A stretch of DNA of 64,000 nt from Planctomycetota bacterium (lineage in GTDB: Bacteria; Planctomycetota; UBA8108; SXIK01): NCBI GenBank assembly GCA_965223845.1, contig CBDCXR010000004.1:7552001-7616000 (forward strand), in the 5' to 3' direction. The notes beneath the pieces are model-generated. The model ran no database searches. It was not told the origin of the DNA and was given only the letters and a program-made list of their open reading frames with translations. The position numbers and the translations under genes are program-made. This document shows, one piece after another, positions 9,622-20,114 of the stretch; within the stretch, counting starts at the first letter, position 1; every line of letters starts with the position of its first letter.

Positions 9622-10614
9622 ATGTATCGAGCTTACATCGCCGGCACTGGATCCTACGTTCCGGAGCGGCGGGTCACGAATTTCGATCTCGAGAAGCTCG
9701 TCGACACGTCCGACGAGTGGATTCGAAAGCGCACCGGCATCCGTGAGCGCCGGGTGGCGGACGAATCGCAAGCGACCAGCGCCCTCGCGATCGAGGCGGC
9801 GCGCGGTGCTCTCCAGCGTGCGGAGCTGTCCCCCGAGGATGTAGATCTCGTCATCGTGGCGACGATCACGCCCGACACGATCACGCCGGCGACGGCGGTC
9901 TACGTTCAGGATCAACTCGGCTGCAAGCGGGCGGCGGCGTTCGACCTCAGCGCCGCGTGTACGGGCTTCGTCTACGGGCTCGCGGTGGCAGCGAATTTCT
10001 GTCAGACCGGATTCTATCGCCACGTGCTCGTCGTGGGCGCCGAGGCGCTGTCGCGCTTCATCGACTTCGAGGATCGTTCGACGTGCATCCTATTCGGTGA
10101 CGGCGCCGGAGCCGTCGTCGTGTCCCGTTCGGACGCCGAAGACGAAGACGGACCGGCGGTGCTCGACAGCGTGCTGAGAGCCGACGGTTCGGGCGCCGAG
10201 CTCATCGAGATCCAGGCGGGCGGCTCGGCACGTCCCGCGACGCCGGAGACCGTGGCCGCGAAGCAGCACTTTCTCGCCATGAACGGACGCGAGGTGTTCA
10301 AGTTCGCGACCAAGGTCTTCGCCGAGCTGGTCGAGACTGCTCTCGAGCGCAATCAAATCACGGTCGACGACCTCGCCCTCGTCGTCCCGCACCAGGTCAA
10401 TCACCGGATCATCGACGCCGCGCTGAAGCGCATCGCCATTCCCGAGGACCGGCTGTTCCTCAACCTCGACCGCTACGGAAATACGTCGGCGGCTTCGGTC
10501 CCGATCGCCCTCGACGAGGCCGTGGCGGCGGGGCGCCTGTCCCGCGGAGACTACGTTCTCTTCGCGGCGTTCGGTGCTGGGTTGACCTGGGGCTACAATT
10601 TGCTCCGCTGGTGA
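9622..10614 (+). CDS. fabH: 3-oxoacyl-ACP synthase III
   Basis: 'DTSDEWIRKRTGI', 'AACTGF', 'LFGDGAGA', 'PHQVN', 'YGNTSAAS', 'FGAGLTWG'. Confidence 0.97.
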   Translation: MYRAYIAGTGSYVPERRVTNFDLEKLVDTSDEWIRKRTGIRERRVADESQATSALAIEAARGALQRAELSPEDVDLVIVATITPDTITPATAVYVQDQLGCKRAAAFDLSAACTGFVYGLAVAANFCQTGFYRHVLVVGAEALSRFIDFEDRSTCILFGDGAGAVVVSRSDAEDEDGPAVLDSVLRADGSGAELIEIQAGGSARPATPETVAAKQHFLAMNGREVFKFATKVFAELVETALERNQITVDDLALVVPHQVNHRIIDAALKRIAIPEDRLFLNLDRYGNTSAASVPIALDEAVAAGRLSRGDYVLFAAFGAGLTWGYNLLRW

Positions 10615-10779
10615 AGACGACGATGCCGCCCGCGACCGAGAATCACGAGCGGCCGCCGATCCCCGCCCCTTCGAGAACCACCCACCGAACATCCAAACCG
10701 TCGTCCGCACCGCGCTCGCGAACTCGGGGCGCGACCGCGACGAGATGGACGAGATCAGACAGAATTCGAGAGCCGACCG

Positions 10780-11763
10780 ATGCCGCGAGCCGGATTTGAT
10801 ACCTTCGCGATACTGTTTCCCGGACAGGGGAGCCAGACGATCGGCATGGGAGCCGATCTCGCCGACGAATACCCCGAAGCGCAGCGCGTCTACGACCGCG
10901 CACGTGAGGTGACGGGCGAGGATTTTCTCGCGATCTGTCGCGACGGTCCCGCGTCCGAGCTCAACTCGACGCGAGTGAGCCAGCCCGCGATCTTTCTTCA
11001 CTCCATGGCGGCGCTTGAGGTCCTGCGCGCGAGCGGACTTGCGGACTCGCCGTTTTGCCGCGGGCTGCCGGTCGTCGGCACGGCCGGGCTCAGTCTCGGC
11101 GAATACTCGGCGCTCGTCTTCGCGGGTGCGCTCGAATTCGAGGATGCCCTCGAGATCGTCACCCGTCGCGGACGCTACATGCAGGATGCCTGCGACCGCA
11201 CGAACGGCACGATGGTGTCGGTGATCGGACTCCCGGCGGAGGAGGTCGAGCGGGCCGTCGACGAGGCTCGGGCGCGAGACGCGATCGTCGGTGTGGCGAA
11301 CTACAATTCGCCGTCCCAGACGGTCATCTCCGGGGACCGCGGGGCCGTCGAGGCGGTCGCGGAGACCCTCAAGGCGGCTGGCGCGCGTAAATGCGTGGAG
11401 CTCACGGTCGCGGGCGCCTATCATTCCGGCCTGATGGCGGCGGCCGCGGTCCACCTCGAACCGCATCTCCACCGTCTCTCGATTCAGGTACCGGAGGTGC
11501 CGTTCTTTTCCAACGTGACGGGGGCTCGAGTCGAGGATCCGGACGAGATCCGTCGCGGGTTGATCCGTCAAGTCGAGAGCAGCGTGCGGTGGTCGCAGAG
11601 CCTCCAGGCGTTGATCGACACGGGGATGCAATCGGCACTGGAGGTCGGACCGGGAAAGGTGGTGAAGGGCCTTGTCCGCAACGTGAAGAAGGACTGTGCG
11701 GTGACGCCGCTCGGAACGGTCGAGCAGCTCCGAGCGCTGCGCGATGAGGAGCTGGCGAGCTGA
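10780..11763 (+). CDS. fabD: Malonyl CoA-ACP transacylase
   Basis: 'FPGQGSQ', 'GLSLGEY', 'VAGAYHS', 'EVGPG'. Confidence 0.96.
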   Translation: MPRAGFDTFAILFPGQGSQTIGMGADLADEYPEAQRVYDRAREVTGEDFLAICRDGPASELNSTRVSQPAIFLHSMAALEVLRASGLADSPFCRGLPVVGTAGLSLGEYSALVFAGALEFEDALEIVTRRGRYMQDACDRTNGTMVSVIGLPAEEVERAVDEARARDAIVGVANYNSPSQTVISGDRGAVEAVAETLKAAGARKCVELTVAGAYHSGLMAAAAVHLEPHLHRLSIQVPEVPFFSNVTGARVEDPDEIRRGLIRQVESSVRWSQSLQALIDTGMQSALEVGPGKVVKGLVRNVKKDCAVTPLGTVEQLRALRDEELAS

Positions 11764-11902
11764 GCGGCGAGCGGTGTCCGTGAGAGAATGGAATCCCGCG
11801 AAGCGGTCGACCGGTGTCCCCGCGGCCTCGAGCGGTAGCGACCGCGTGCGTGAGGCGAGTGCGGCGAGCCGAGTGGCTCGGGAGAGGATTTGAGGGATCG
11901 TC

Positions 11903-12655
11903 GTGGCGAACCTTGCTGAGAAGAATGCTCTGGTTACGGGAGCATCGCGCGGGATCGGTCGTGCGATCGCGCGGCGTCTCGCCGCCGACGGGGCGAACGT
12001 CGGGCTCCTCGCGCGCAGCCGCGAGGCGCTCGCCGAGCTCGAGAGCGAGCTCGCGGAGCGATACGCCGGCCAACGGTTTCATGCGTTCGAATGCGACGTC
12101 CGGAGCACTGAGCAGGTCGGTGCCGCGCTGAAAACCTTCATCAAGGAATTCGGCTCGATCGATGTCCTCGTCAACAACGCGGGCATCACTCGGGATCAGC
12201 TTCTCCCGCGTCTCGGCGAGGACGACTGGGACGACGTGATCGAGGTCAACTTAAAGAGCGTGTTTAACACCTGTCGCGTCGCAGCTCGGCAGATGCTCCG
12301 CCAGAAATCGGGGCGGATCGTCAATATCACGAGTGTCGTCGGCGTCGTGGGCAACGCGGGGCAGACGAACTACGCTGCGTCGAAGGGAGGGATCATCGCG
12401 TTTACGTACTCACTCGCCAAGGAGCTCGCGTCTCGGGGGGTGACGGTCAACGCGGTGGCCCCGGGATTCATCGAGACCGAAATGACGGCGGCCATGCCGG
12501 GCGACGCCACGGATGCCATCGCAGGGAAGATTCCCCTCGGGCGGTTCGGACGCGCCGAAGAAGTCGCCGATTTGGTTGGTTTTCTGAGTGGCCCGGGCGC
12601 AAGTTATGTCACCGGAGAGGTGATTCGGGTCGACGGGGGCTTGGGGATCGCATGA
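11903..12655 (+). CDS. fabG: 3-oxoacyl-ACP reductase
   Basis: 'TGASRGIG', 'NNAGITRD', 'NYAASK'; position in the fab operon. Confidence 0.96.
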   Translation: MANLAEKNALVTGASRGIGRAIARRLAADGANVGLLARSREALAELESELAERYAGQRFHAFECDVRSTEQVGAALKTFIKEFGSIDVLVNNAGITRDQLLPRLGEDDWDDVIEVNLKSVFNTCRVAARQMLRQKSGRIVNITSVVGVVGNAGQTNYAASKGGIIAFTYSLAKELASRGVTVNAVAPGFIETEMTAAMPGDATDAIAGKIPLGRFGRAEEVADLVGFLSGPGASYVTGEVIRVDGGLGIA

Positions 12656-12750
12656 ATGAGACGACGGTCGTCCGCCTCAACCGGTGAGCGGGCGAACGAG
12701 TTCACGGGGCGGACGAACCGACAAACAAGATCAGGAAGGAGTCAGGAGTC

Positions 12751-13002
12751 GTGTCCGAGGAAATTTTGGATCGCGTAGCCAACATCGTGACGAGCCAGCT
12801 CGACGTCGACCGCGAAAAGGTGAAGCTCGAAGCGAACTTCATCAACGATCTCGGAGCGGATTCGCTCGACATCGTCGAGCTCATCATGGAGCTCGAGGAG
12901 GAGTTCGATCTGAGCATTCCCGACGAGGAAGCCGAGAAGATCAAGACGGTCGGCGAAGCCGTAACCTACATCGAAAAGCTTCAGGGCGAGGGAGCGAGCT
13001 GA
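12751..13002 (+). CDS. acpP: Acyl carrier protein
   Basis: '[20 protein letters not shown]'; AGGAG RBS. Confidence 0.97.
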   Translation: MSEEILDRVANIVTSQLDVDREKVKLEANFINDLGADSLDIVELIMELEEEFDLSIPDEEAEKIKTVGEAVTYIEKLQGEGAS

Positions 13003-13010
13003 GGCCGCGT

Positions 13011-13045
13011 CGGGTGGACGGGGGCGAAACGAGCCCGTCCACCCG
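13011..13045 (+). terminator. GC-rich hairpin after acpP (partial terminator or mRNA stabiliser)
   Basis: 12-bp stem cgggtggacggg/cccgtccacccg with no U-tract. Confidence 0.5.
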
Positions 13046-13403
13046 GGGCCTCGCCCGTCCGCGCCGCTCCGTCCCCTTGCGCGGGAGGTGCCGCGCGGTC
13101 TCAAGTGCATGTGGGGCAGTTCGGGGTCGGAGGTCGGCCGCCGACTCTCTCGACGAGGGGATAGGGTGGACCGCTGAAGCGCGGCGGCTCCGACCGGAGT
13201 TCGCCCGAGCAGTCGGTGGAGGCAGCGCATTCGGGGGCCCACGCTTCCGCGCGATGAGCGCGGGAACGAAACTCACCTCCGCCGACCGGCGCGGCAGCGG
13301 CCGCGCTACTCCGGGCTGGGCCGTTGAAGTCACCGCGCCCGGTGAACGTTTCCGGGCTCACGCGATCGACGAACGAAACGGATTCACTCACGAGGTCAGG
13401 ACA

Positions 13404-14648
13404 ATGCGACGCGTCGTGGTAACGGGCATCGGGGCGGTTTGTCCCATCGGAAACAACGTCCGGGAGCTGTGGACGGGGATCGAGAGCTCGAAGAGCGGCG
13501 CGGGAGAGATCACGAGGTTCGACCATTCGGAGTTCCCGGTCCACATCGCGGCCGAGGTGAAGGACTTCGATCCCGAAACGGTCGTCAGCGCGAAGCAGGC
13601 GCGTCACCTGGACCGCTTCTCGCTCTACGCCGTCGCCGCGGCCCAGGAAGCCATGGACGACAGCGGGCTCGATCTCGAGCGGACCGACAAGTCGCGCGTC
13701 GGGTGCATTTGGGCGTCTGGAATCGGCGGGCTCGAAGAGATCGAAACGACGCACAAGGTCCTCCTCAAGCGAGGGCCGAAGCGGGTCAATCCGTACTTCA
13801 TCCCGAAGCTGATGCTGAACGCGGCCGCCGGCCAAATCGCGATCCGTTTCGGTCTTCAGGGAACGAACTTCGCCGTCGCTTCGGCGTGCGCGTCGAGCGG
13901 TCACGCCATCGGGCTCGCACTCCGCGCCGTTCGCAGCGGTGAAGCTGACGTCGTCGTCACCGGGGGATCCGAGGCGACGATCACCCCGCTGGGCGTCGGC
14001 GGGTTCTGCGCGCTTCGGGCACTCTCCCAGCGAAACGACGACCCTCTCACCGCTTCGCGGCCGTTCAATCAGGACCGCGACGGATTCGTCATCGGCGAGG
14101 GCGCCGGTGGACTCATCGTCGAGGAGTACGAAGCCGCGAAACGGCGCGGAGCTCGAGTCTACGCCGAGCTCCTCGGCGTCGGGATGACGGACGACGGGCA
14201 TCACATCTCCGCGCCGCTTCCGGACGGAGCGCGAGCGGTGTCTGCGATGCGACTCGCGCTCGCCGACGGCCGCGTCGAGCCCGACCAAGTGGACTACGTG
14301 AACGCGCATGGAACATCGACTGAGCTCAACGACGTCATGGAAACGCGCGCGATTCACACGACGCTCGGCGATCACGCCAAGAAGGCGATGGTGAGCTCGA
14401 CGAAATCGCAGATCGGTCATCTGCTCGGCGCGTCCGGTGCGGTCGAGGCAGTCGTCACTTGTCTCGGTGTTCACCGCGGAGTCGTCCCGCCCACGATCAA
14501 CTACATTCACCCCGATCCCGAGTGCGACCTCGACTACGTCCCGAACGAAGCGCGGGAGGCGAAGATCTCCTACGCGATGTGCAACTCGTTCGGATTCGGA
14601 GGCCACAACGTGACGACTCTCTTCGGCCGACTGGACGGTGCCCTGTGA
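13404..14648 (+). CDS. fabF: 3-oxoacyl-ACP synthase II
   Basis: 'MRRVVVTGIG', 'SACASS', 'NAHGTST', 'KSQIGHLLGA', 'NSFGFGGHN'. Confidence 0.97.
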   Translation: MRRVVVTGIGAVCPIGNNVRELWTGIESSKSGAGEITRFDHSEFPVHIAAEVKDFDPETVVSAKQARHLDRFSLYAVAAAQEAMDDSGLDLERTDKSRVGCIWASGIGGLEEIETTHKVLLKRGPKRVNPYFIPKLMLNAAAGQIAIRFGLQGTNFAVASACASSGHAIGLALRAVRSGEADVVVTGGSEATITPLGVGGFCALRALSQRNDDPLTASRPFNQDRDGFVIGEGAGGLIVEEYEAAKRRGARVYAELLGVGMTDDGHHISAPLPDGARAVSAMRLALADGRVEPDQVDYVNAHGTSTELNDVMETRAIHTTLGDHAKKAMVSSTKSQIGHLLGASGAVEAVVTCLGVHRGVVPPTINYIHPDPECDLDYVPNEAREAKISYAMCNSFGFGGHNVTTLFGRLDGAL

Positions 14649-16258
14649 GCGAGACGAAGCGCGTATTCATTTCCGACAAGTTCACCGACGACGCCCTGGC
14701 GATTCTCGCGCGATGCCCGGTGCTCGAGGTCGACTATCGACCGGGTCTAGAGCTCGCAGAGAAGATCGAGGCCGCGTCGCGCGCGGATGCGCTCGTCATC
14801 CGGAGTGCGACCAAGGTCACGCGTGAGTTCTTGGAGAACATGGGCGACGGCGCGCCGCTCGAGCTGATCGTCCGAGCCGGCGTGGGCGTCGACAATGTCG
14901 ACGTCGACGAGGCCACGCGCCGCGGAATCGTCGTTCAAAACGTACCCGGCGGAAACACTCGCTCGGCGGCCGAGCACAGCGTCGCATTGCTCCTTGCGAT
15001 GGCGCGGCAGATCCCGGTCGCGCACCAGTCGATGCGCGACGGGAAGTGGGAGCGGAGCAAGTTCGTCGGTGTCGAGGTTCTAGGGAAAAAGCTCGGGGTC
15101 GTCGGTCTCGGAAAGATCGGCCGGTACGTCGTCGAAATGGCGACCGGGCTCGGGTTCGAGATTCTCGCGTACGACCCGTTCGTCTCGCCGAGCATGGCGG
15201 AGCAGCTCGGAGTGGAGCTCATCGAGAGCGTCGCGGAGCTCGCGACGAAGGTCGATTTCCTCACCGTTCACGTCCCGCTCTCCGAGGAGACGAAGGGACT
15301 CGTGGGCGACGAAGTGCTCTCCGGTGCGAAGCCGGGCCTCCGGATCATCAACTGCGCGAGGGGAGGAATCGTCGACGAGGCGGCTCTTCTCCGGGCGCTC
15401 GAGGGTGGTCAGGTGGCGGCGGCGGCGATCGACGTCTTCGTGGAGGAACCGCCGGGCGCGACCGAGCTCGTTCGCCATCCCAACGTCGTCGTGACCCCGC
15501 ACCTCGGTGCGTCGACTCGGGAGGCGCAGCAGAACGTCGCTCTCGCGGCGTCCGAAATGGTCGTCGATTTTCTCACCGAGCGGCGGCTTCACAGCCCGGT
15601 GAACGCGATCCAGCTCGATCCGGATATCCGCGACGAAGTGCAGCCCTACCGCGAGCTCGCGCTCCGGCTGGGACGGATTCAGGCGCAGTTGCTCGAATCG
15701 AACCCCGTCCAGATCGACGTGAAGTATTTCGGAAAGCTGTTCAGTGGGAAGATTCAGTCGTATCTGACGAACAGCGTGCTCGAAGGATTCGTCGCGGGCC
15801 GCTCCGCGCAGCCGGTCAATTTCATCAACGTCCGCGCGCTCGCGCAGGAGCAGGGACTCGCCATCTCGGAGTCGTCGTCCGGCGAGAGTCGCTATTTCGC
15901 GAACCTGATCAGCGTCGCGGTGAAGGATCACGAAGGACGTGGTCATGAAGTGCGGGGAGCGATTCGCGGACGGAGCGGCCTCCGGCTCGTCTCATTCGAC
16001 AGCTATCAGTTCGATGCCGTGTTCGAAGGTGCGCTTCTTCTCGTCTGCAACGAAGATCGCCCGGGGATGATCGGCGTCGTCGGGACGAAGCTCGCCGGTT
16101 ACGACATCAACGTGAGCAATATGTCGCTCGGACGGGACCGGAGCGGGGGACGCGCCCTCTCCGTCCTCAGCCTCGACACGCCGCCGCCGGCGGCGGCGGT
16201 CGACGAGCTCGCCGCGGCGGAGGGGATCGTTTGGGCTCGGGCGGTCGCGGTCGATTAG
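14645..16258 (+). CDS. serA: D-3-phosphoglycerate dehydrogenase (long form with ACT domain)
   Basis: 'RAGVGVDNVD', 'GLGKIG', 'NCARGG', 'TPHLGAST', ACT motif 'DRPGMIG'; GTG start overlaps the fabF stop. Confidence 0.95.
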   Translation: MSETKRVFISDKFTDDALAILARCPVLEVDYRPGLELAEKIEAASRADALVIRSATKVTREFLENMGDGAPLELIVRAGVGVDNVDVDEATRRGIVVQNVPGGNTRSAAEHSVALLLAMARQIPVAHQSMRDGKWERSKFVGVEVLGKKLGVVGLGKIGRYVVEMATGLGFEILAYDPFVSPSMAEQLGVELIESVAELATKVDFLTVHVPLSEETKGLVGDEVLSGAKPGLRIINCARGGIVDEAALLRALEGGQVAAAAIDVFVEEPPGATELVRHPNVVVTPHLGASTREAQQNVALAASEMVVDFLTERRLHSPVNAIQLDPDIRDEVQPYRELALRLGRIQAQLLESNPVQIDVKYFGKLFSGKIQSYLTNSVLEGFVAGRSAQPVNFINVRALAQEQGLAISESSSGESRYFANLISVAVKDHEGRGHEVRGAIRGRSGLRLVSFDSYQFDAVFEGALLLVCNEDRPGMIGVVGTKLAGYDINVSNMSLGRDRSGGRALSVLSLDTPPPAAAVDELAAAEGIVWARAVAVD

Positions 16259-16347
16259 CACTTCGAGCGTAGCGACGCGACTCGCGGCGCTCTCCGGCGT
16301 CTGGCCTCGGCGCGAGCTCTGTTTGCTAGAGCCGACCGACGAGCCTC

Positions 16348-17088
16348 CTACCGCGGCTTTTCCGGGCGCGGCTCGGGTGACGACGGCGCGTCCGCCTCGG
16401 GACGAGCCTCGAATCGATTGATCACTCGGCGCGCGTACGCCGCGAAGTAGCTCTTCGGGTAGAGGCGAACGATCCGGCGGAGGATCGGGATTGCGCGGCG
16501 AACGTCTTTCTTTCGCTCCGCGAGGATGTAGGCCGCCTTGTAGAGCACCTGGCTGTGAGCGTAGCCCCGCGGGATCCACTCGGCGGCCTTCGAGTACTCG
16601 AACGACGCGGAGTCGAAGTAGCCGAGCTCGTAATACACGCGAGCCAGCCGGAGGCGGAGTCGGACGTCGTTCGGTTTCGTGCGCAGGCCCTCGCAGGTGA
16701 CCCGAAGCAGATCCCACCACTCCTTCGAGGATGCGGGCCGTTCGGGCCCGAGCGAACGAGAGCCCGGAGCGAGGATGCGCTCGAGGATCACGCCCCAGTA
16801 GTGGACGCCGATGAAGACCGCGGTCGGAACGTAGCAGAGGGAGGAGCCGAGAAACGCGAAGAACGCGACGCTCGAGTCGAAGATTCCTGCGGCGCCTCCC
16901 ACCGCTTCGCCCGCCGGCGGGCGCGCCGCGATCACCGCGAGAGTCGTTACGACGAAAACGAACGCCGCCGTTAGCGCGTGCACGACGGGATCGGTGCGGA
17001 TCCGCTCACGGTAAGCGTAAACGAATCCGAGCGCGATTCCGGCGAGACCGTGAATCACCGCGACCCAAATGAAGAGCGGAACCTCCAT
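16348..17088 (-). CDS. Membrane protein with C-terminal TPR / CpoB-BamD-like repeats
   Basis: Three hydrophobic segments followed by helical repeats 'LRLARVYYELG', 'LYKAAYIL', 'IVRLYPKS'. Confidence 0.6.
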   Translation of the reverse strand: MEVPLFIWVAVIHGLAGIALGFVYAYRERIRTDPVVHALTAAFVFVVTTLAVIAARPPAGEAVGGAAGIFDSSVAFFAFLGSSLCYVPTAVFIGVHYWGVILERILAPGSRSLGPERPASSKEWWDLLRVTCEGLRTKPNDVRLRLRLARVYYELGYFDSASFEYSKAAEWIPRGYAHSQVLYKAAYILAERKKDVRRAIPILRRIVRLYPKSYFAAYARRVINRFEARPEADAPSSPEPRPEKPR

Positions 17089-17260
17089 CACGAGATCGAT
17101 TGTAGATCGCTACTCGAGCCGGTTCTACGTTCTACCTTTCACGAGCGCAGCGTTGGCTCGCGAGAGGGCAGGTACGAGCGCGCATTTTCGGTCCTTCCGC
17201 CGCGCTTCGGGAGGCATCCAAGATCCGTACAAGTCCTGACGCGCTGACACTTTTTGCCGT

Positions 17261-17289
17261 TTGACGGGTTCTTCGTTTCGTCATAGTCT
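17261..17289 (+). promoter_or_regulatory. Sigma70-type promoter
   Basis: TTGACG(17261-17266)-N17-TAGTCT(17284-17289). Confidence 0.6.
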
Positions 17290-17294
17290 TCGAT

Positions 17295-17510
17295 GCCCGC
17301 AAGGAAGAGAGTCGACCGAAACACAAGCGACCAGCCGGCAAGACCGGGAGAGAGGGGAGCCGGCTACCGCTTCGATGTCGACTTCATTTCGACAAGCAAA
17401 TGCGTGCCGGTAGGGGTGCAGAACGACACCGACGCTGCAGCTTAGATCTAACGCCCCCAACCCACGTTCCATTGGCCCGTCCCTACCCGTCAGGGACGGG
17501 CCTTTTTTTT
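17295..17510 (+). ncRNA. Candidate structured RNA (sRNA or attenuator leader)
   Basis: Bounded by a promoter and an intrinsic terminator; nested stems gctt/aagc, gtcga/tcgac, ccggc/gccgg. Confidence 0.45.
17474..17510 (+). terminator. Rho-independent terminator
   Basis: ggcccgtccct-acccgtc-agggacgggcc followed by T8. Confidence 0.85.
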
Positions 17511-17780
17511 GCGGCGAAGCAGTTCGGCGCGAATCTTGCCTCGCGGCGCGCGCGATCTTACCTCGATCGCGCACGGGACATTATCGCCCGTCGTCACCTC
17601 CCCGCTCGCAGCATACGGTTCGGCGACGCGAGGAACAGTTCCGCGGACCTTCGCGGCGCGTCGATTTGTCGCCCTCGCGCGAGTGAGCTATTCTTCTTCC
17701 GACCGGTGAAACGAGACGTTCGTTTCGTGCTGTCGAAGCGACGGCAGGGAAGATCCGAAGCGGAAATCAGAACGCGGACC

Positions 17781-18467
17781 ATGAAGATCGGCTGTCTCAC
17801 CATTCTCAACGGAGCGGATCAAGACAAACGGATCCTGCTCAAGAACCTGAGCGTATTCGAAGCCGGGCGCTCTCAGGGGAACCACATCTACATCAAGGAC
17901 GAGACCGTCGCGTGCAGTCATTTCCGCGTGTACCGAAGCGGATCGTCGTACAGCGTGTACGATCTCGGCACGAAGAGCGGGACGAAAGTCAACGGCGAGC
18001 CGGTCGACAAGCGCGATCTCGACGAGGGCGACATCGTCACCGTCGGAGACGTGCAGATCCGATTCGAGTTGGTGGATGAAGAGACTCCCGGACGCCTCGC
18101 GTCCTCGGCGCCCGATTCGGACGAACGCGACTCGCAGGCGTTCAACGGCGGTGTCCTCACGAAGACCCGCGCGTCTCAGCCCGCCCTCGTCGTGATCGAC
18201 GGTCACGACCAGGGCAAGACCTTCTCGCTCAAGGGTAAGCCGCAGTTCAAGATCGGGCGGAGCGCCACCTCCGATCTGAGACTCTCCGACGGCAAAGTGT
18301 CTCGGGACCACTGCGTGATCGAGAGCGGCCGGGACAACCACGTGATCATCGATCTCGAAAGCGCGAACGGAACGATCGTGAACGGCGATCGCATCAAGAA
18401 GGTCGTCCTCAAGGACGGAGACTTCATCCGCCTCGGCTACACGATGCTCAAGTACGATCGAGTCTAG
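17781..18467 (+). CDS. Tandem FHA-domain protein
   Basis: Two FHA signatures: 'AGRS...DLGTKSGTKVNG...LDEGDIVTVG' and 'IGRS...SRDH...DLESANGTIVNG...LKDGDFIRLG'. Confidence 0.85.
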   Translation: MKIGCLTILNGADQDKRILLKNLSVFEAGRSQGNHIYIKDETVACSHFRVYRSGSSYSVYDLGTKSGTKVNGEPVDKRDLDEGDIVTVGDVQIRFELVDEETPGRLASSAPDSDERDSQAFNGGVLTKTRASQPALVVIDGHDQGKTFSLKGKPQFKIGRSATSDLRLSDGKVSRDHCVIESGRDNHVIIDLESANGTIVNGDRIKKVVLKDGDFIRLGYTMLKYDRV

Positions 18468-18569
18468 GCTCGATCGCATTCCCGCCGCCTTCACACTCGG
18501 GGGGTGCGGTACGAGAGGACCAGTGAGTCCGGGCGCGGGAACGGGAACGACGCGAGAGCTTTGTGGCGT

Positions 18570-19532
18570 TCAGCCGCGAGGATGGAACTCCCGGTGCGCG
18601 TTCTTCAAGTCAGTGCGGTCGAGATGCGTGTAGATCTCCGTCGTCTCGACGCGAACGTGCCCGAGGATCTCTTGCACGATTCGGAGATCCGCGCCGCCGC
18701 GGATGAGGTGAGTTGCGAGCGAGTGGCGGAGAACGTGCGGGCTGACGTCGCTCGGTAGGCCGGCGAGCGCCGCGTACTTGCGCAGGAGTGCGCGCACGAC
18801 CTCGCGTCCGAGCGGGCGTCCGGACCGGCTGAGAAACATCTTTTCGCACTTCGTCGATCCGCCGGCGACGGCGGCGAGTCGGGGGCGTTCCTCCTCGACG
18901 TAGAGCGCGACCGCTGCTTCCGCGCGGCGGCTGATCGGGACGATGCGCTCCCTCGCTCCCTTGCCGAAGCAGCGCACGACGCCGAGGTCGGCACGGACGC
19001 CGTCGAGGGGAAGCTGGACCGCCTCGCCGACGCGGAGACCCGTCGCATAGAGAAGCTCGAGGAGCGCGCGGTCCCGGAGGGGGAAGCGACTGGCCGCCGG
19101 AGTGATCTCGGCCATCAGTCGTTCGATCTGATCGACGGTCAGGTAGCGCGGGAGCCGCTGGCCGACTCGAGGCGAGTCGAGGTGCTCGGTAGGATCGTCG
19201 GTGATGAAGCCGCGGGCGACGAGGAAGCGAAAGTACATCCGCACCGCCGAGAGCCGGCGCCGGATCGAGACGACGCATTGACCCCGTTGCCGCTCGGCGA
19301 CGAGAAACTCGAAGACGTCGCGCTCGCGGACTTGCCCGGGCGCGCCGGCGCTCTCCGGCGGGAGCGAAGCGAAGAAGAGCCTGCAATCCGAGCGGTACGC
19401 ATCCGTCGTATTGCGGGAGAGTCCGCGCTCGATGTCGAGCGACGCGATGAAGAGGTCGAGCGTGCGGTCGAATCCGGCCGCGTGGGCGTCGCCGCCCGGC
19501 GGGCGGCGCTTCGAACTCGGTAGCGGAGTCAT
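18570..19532 (-). CDS. xerD: Tyrosine recombinase XerD
   Basis: 'RGLSRNTTDAYRSD', 'LELLYATGLRVGE', 'GKGARER', 'HVLRHSLATH', 'LGH...TTEIYTH'. Confidence 0.88.
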   Translation of the reverse strand: MTPLPSSKRRPPGGDAHAAGFDRTLDLFIASLDIERGLSRNTTDAYRSDCRLFFASLPPESAGAPGQVRERDVFEFLVAERQRGQCVVSIRRRLSAVRMYFRFLVARGFITDDPTEHLDSPRVGQRLPRYLTVDQIERLMAEITPAASRFPLRDRALLELLYATGLRVGEAVQLPLDGVRADLGVVRCFGKGARERIVPISRRAEAAVALYVEEERPRLAAVAGGSTKCEKMFLSRSGRPLGREVVRALLRKYAALAGLPSDVSPHVLRHSLATHLIRGGADLRIVQEILGHVRVETTEIYTHLDRTDLKNAHREFHPRG

Positions 19533-20114
19533 CGGCACGTGAGCATCGAGTCGCGGTAACGCGGACGCGGCGAGAGTCGCCGGGCGAAGGCGTTGCGGCA
19601 CGGTTCGCGCGCCGGCCCGCGCGCGCGGGGATTTGTCCGGCGCGGTCTGGAGCCTTTCTACCACGGAGTTATAATCACGACCAATGCTGCCGGTTGTACT
19701 GCGTGCGGTCCGTCTTCGGCCGCGGTCGAGGCCTCGACCTAAGCGATGGAAAGCGCGCGAGATACAGCGTCCGACGCGCGCCGCGGTCGCGCTTCGGCAC
19801 GACGGTCCCCACGGGGTGATAAACCTCGAGAGGAGCGGTGTCGAGGTTTCGGTGACCCGTGTCGGTCGCGACGGTTCCGCTCCGCCGAACGGTGTCCGGA
19901 CCGCCGCCTGGCCGTCGTCGAGCCATCGGATCGCCTCGACTCCCGAGCGCGTGGATCTGATCGATGGCTCTCGCCGGCGCGCGCGTGGTCGACGTCGAGC
20001 TCGCGGAGTTGCGCCGCGGGAGTCGGGGAGCGGCGCGCCGGGTGTCGTGTCGGCGACCGCACCCGTGCAGCCACCCGAGCGGCGAGTTTCACTGAACCGA
20101 CGAGACCCAGCCCG

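Noticed and set aside
17293-17445. tmRNA, suggested by the tag-like ending NDTDAAA*
   Set aside because: No tRNA-Ala-like 5' end or T-arm/CCA 3' end is visible.
18570-19532. Integrase of a mobile element
   Set aside because: The sequence fits chromosomal XerD, it is flanked by housekeeping genes, and no att sites or cargo genes are evident.
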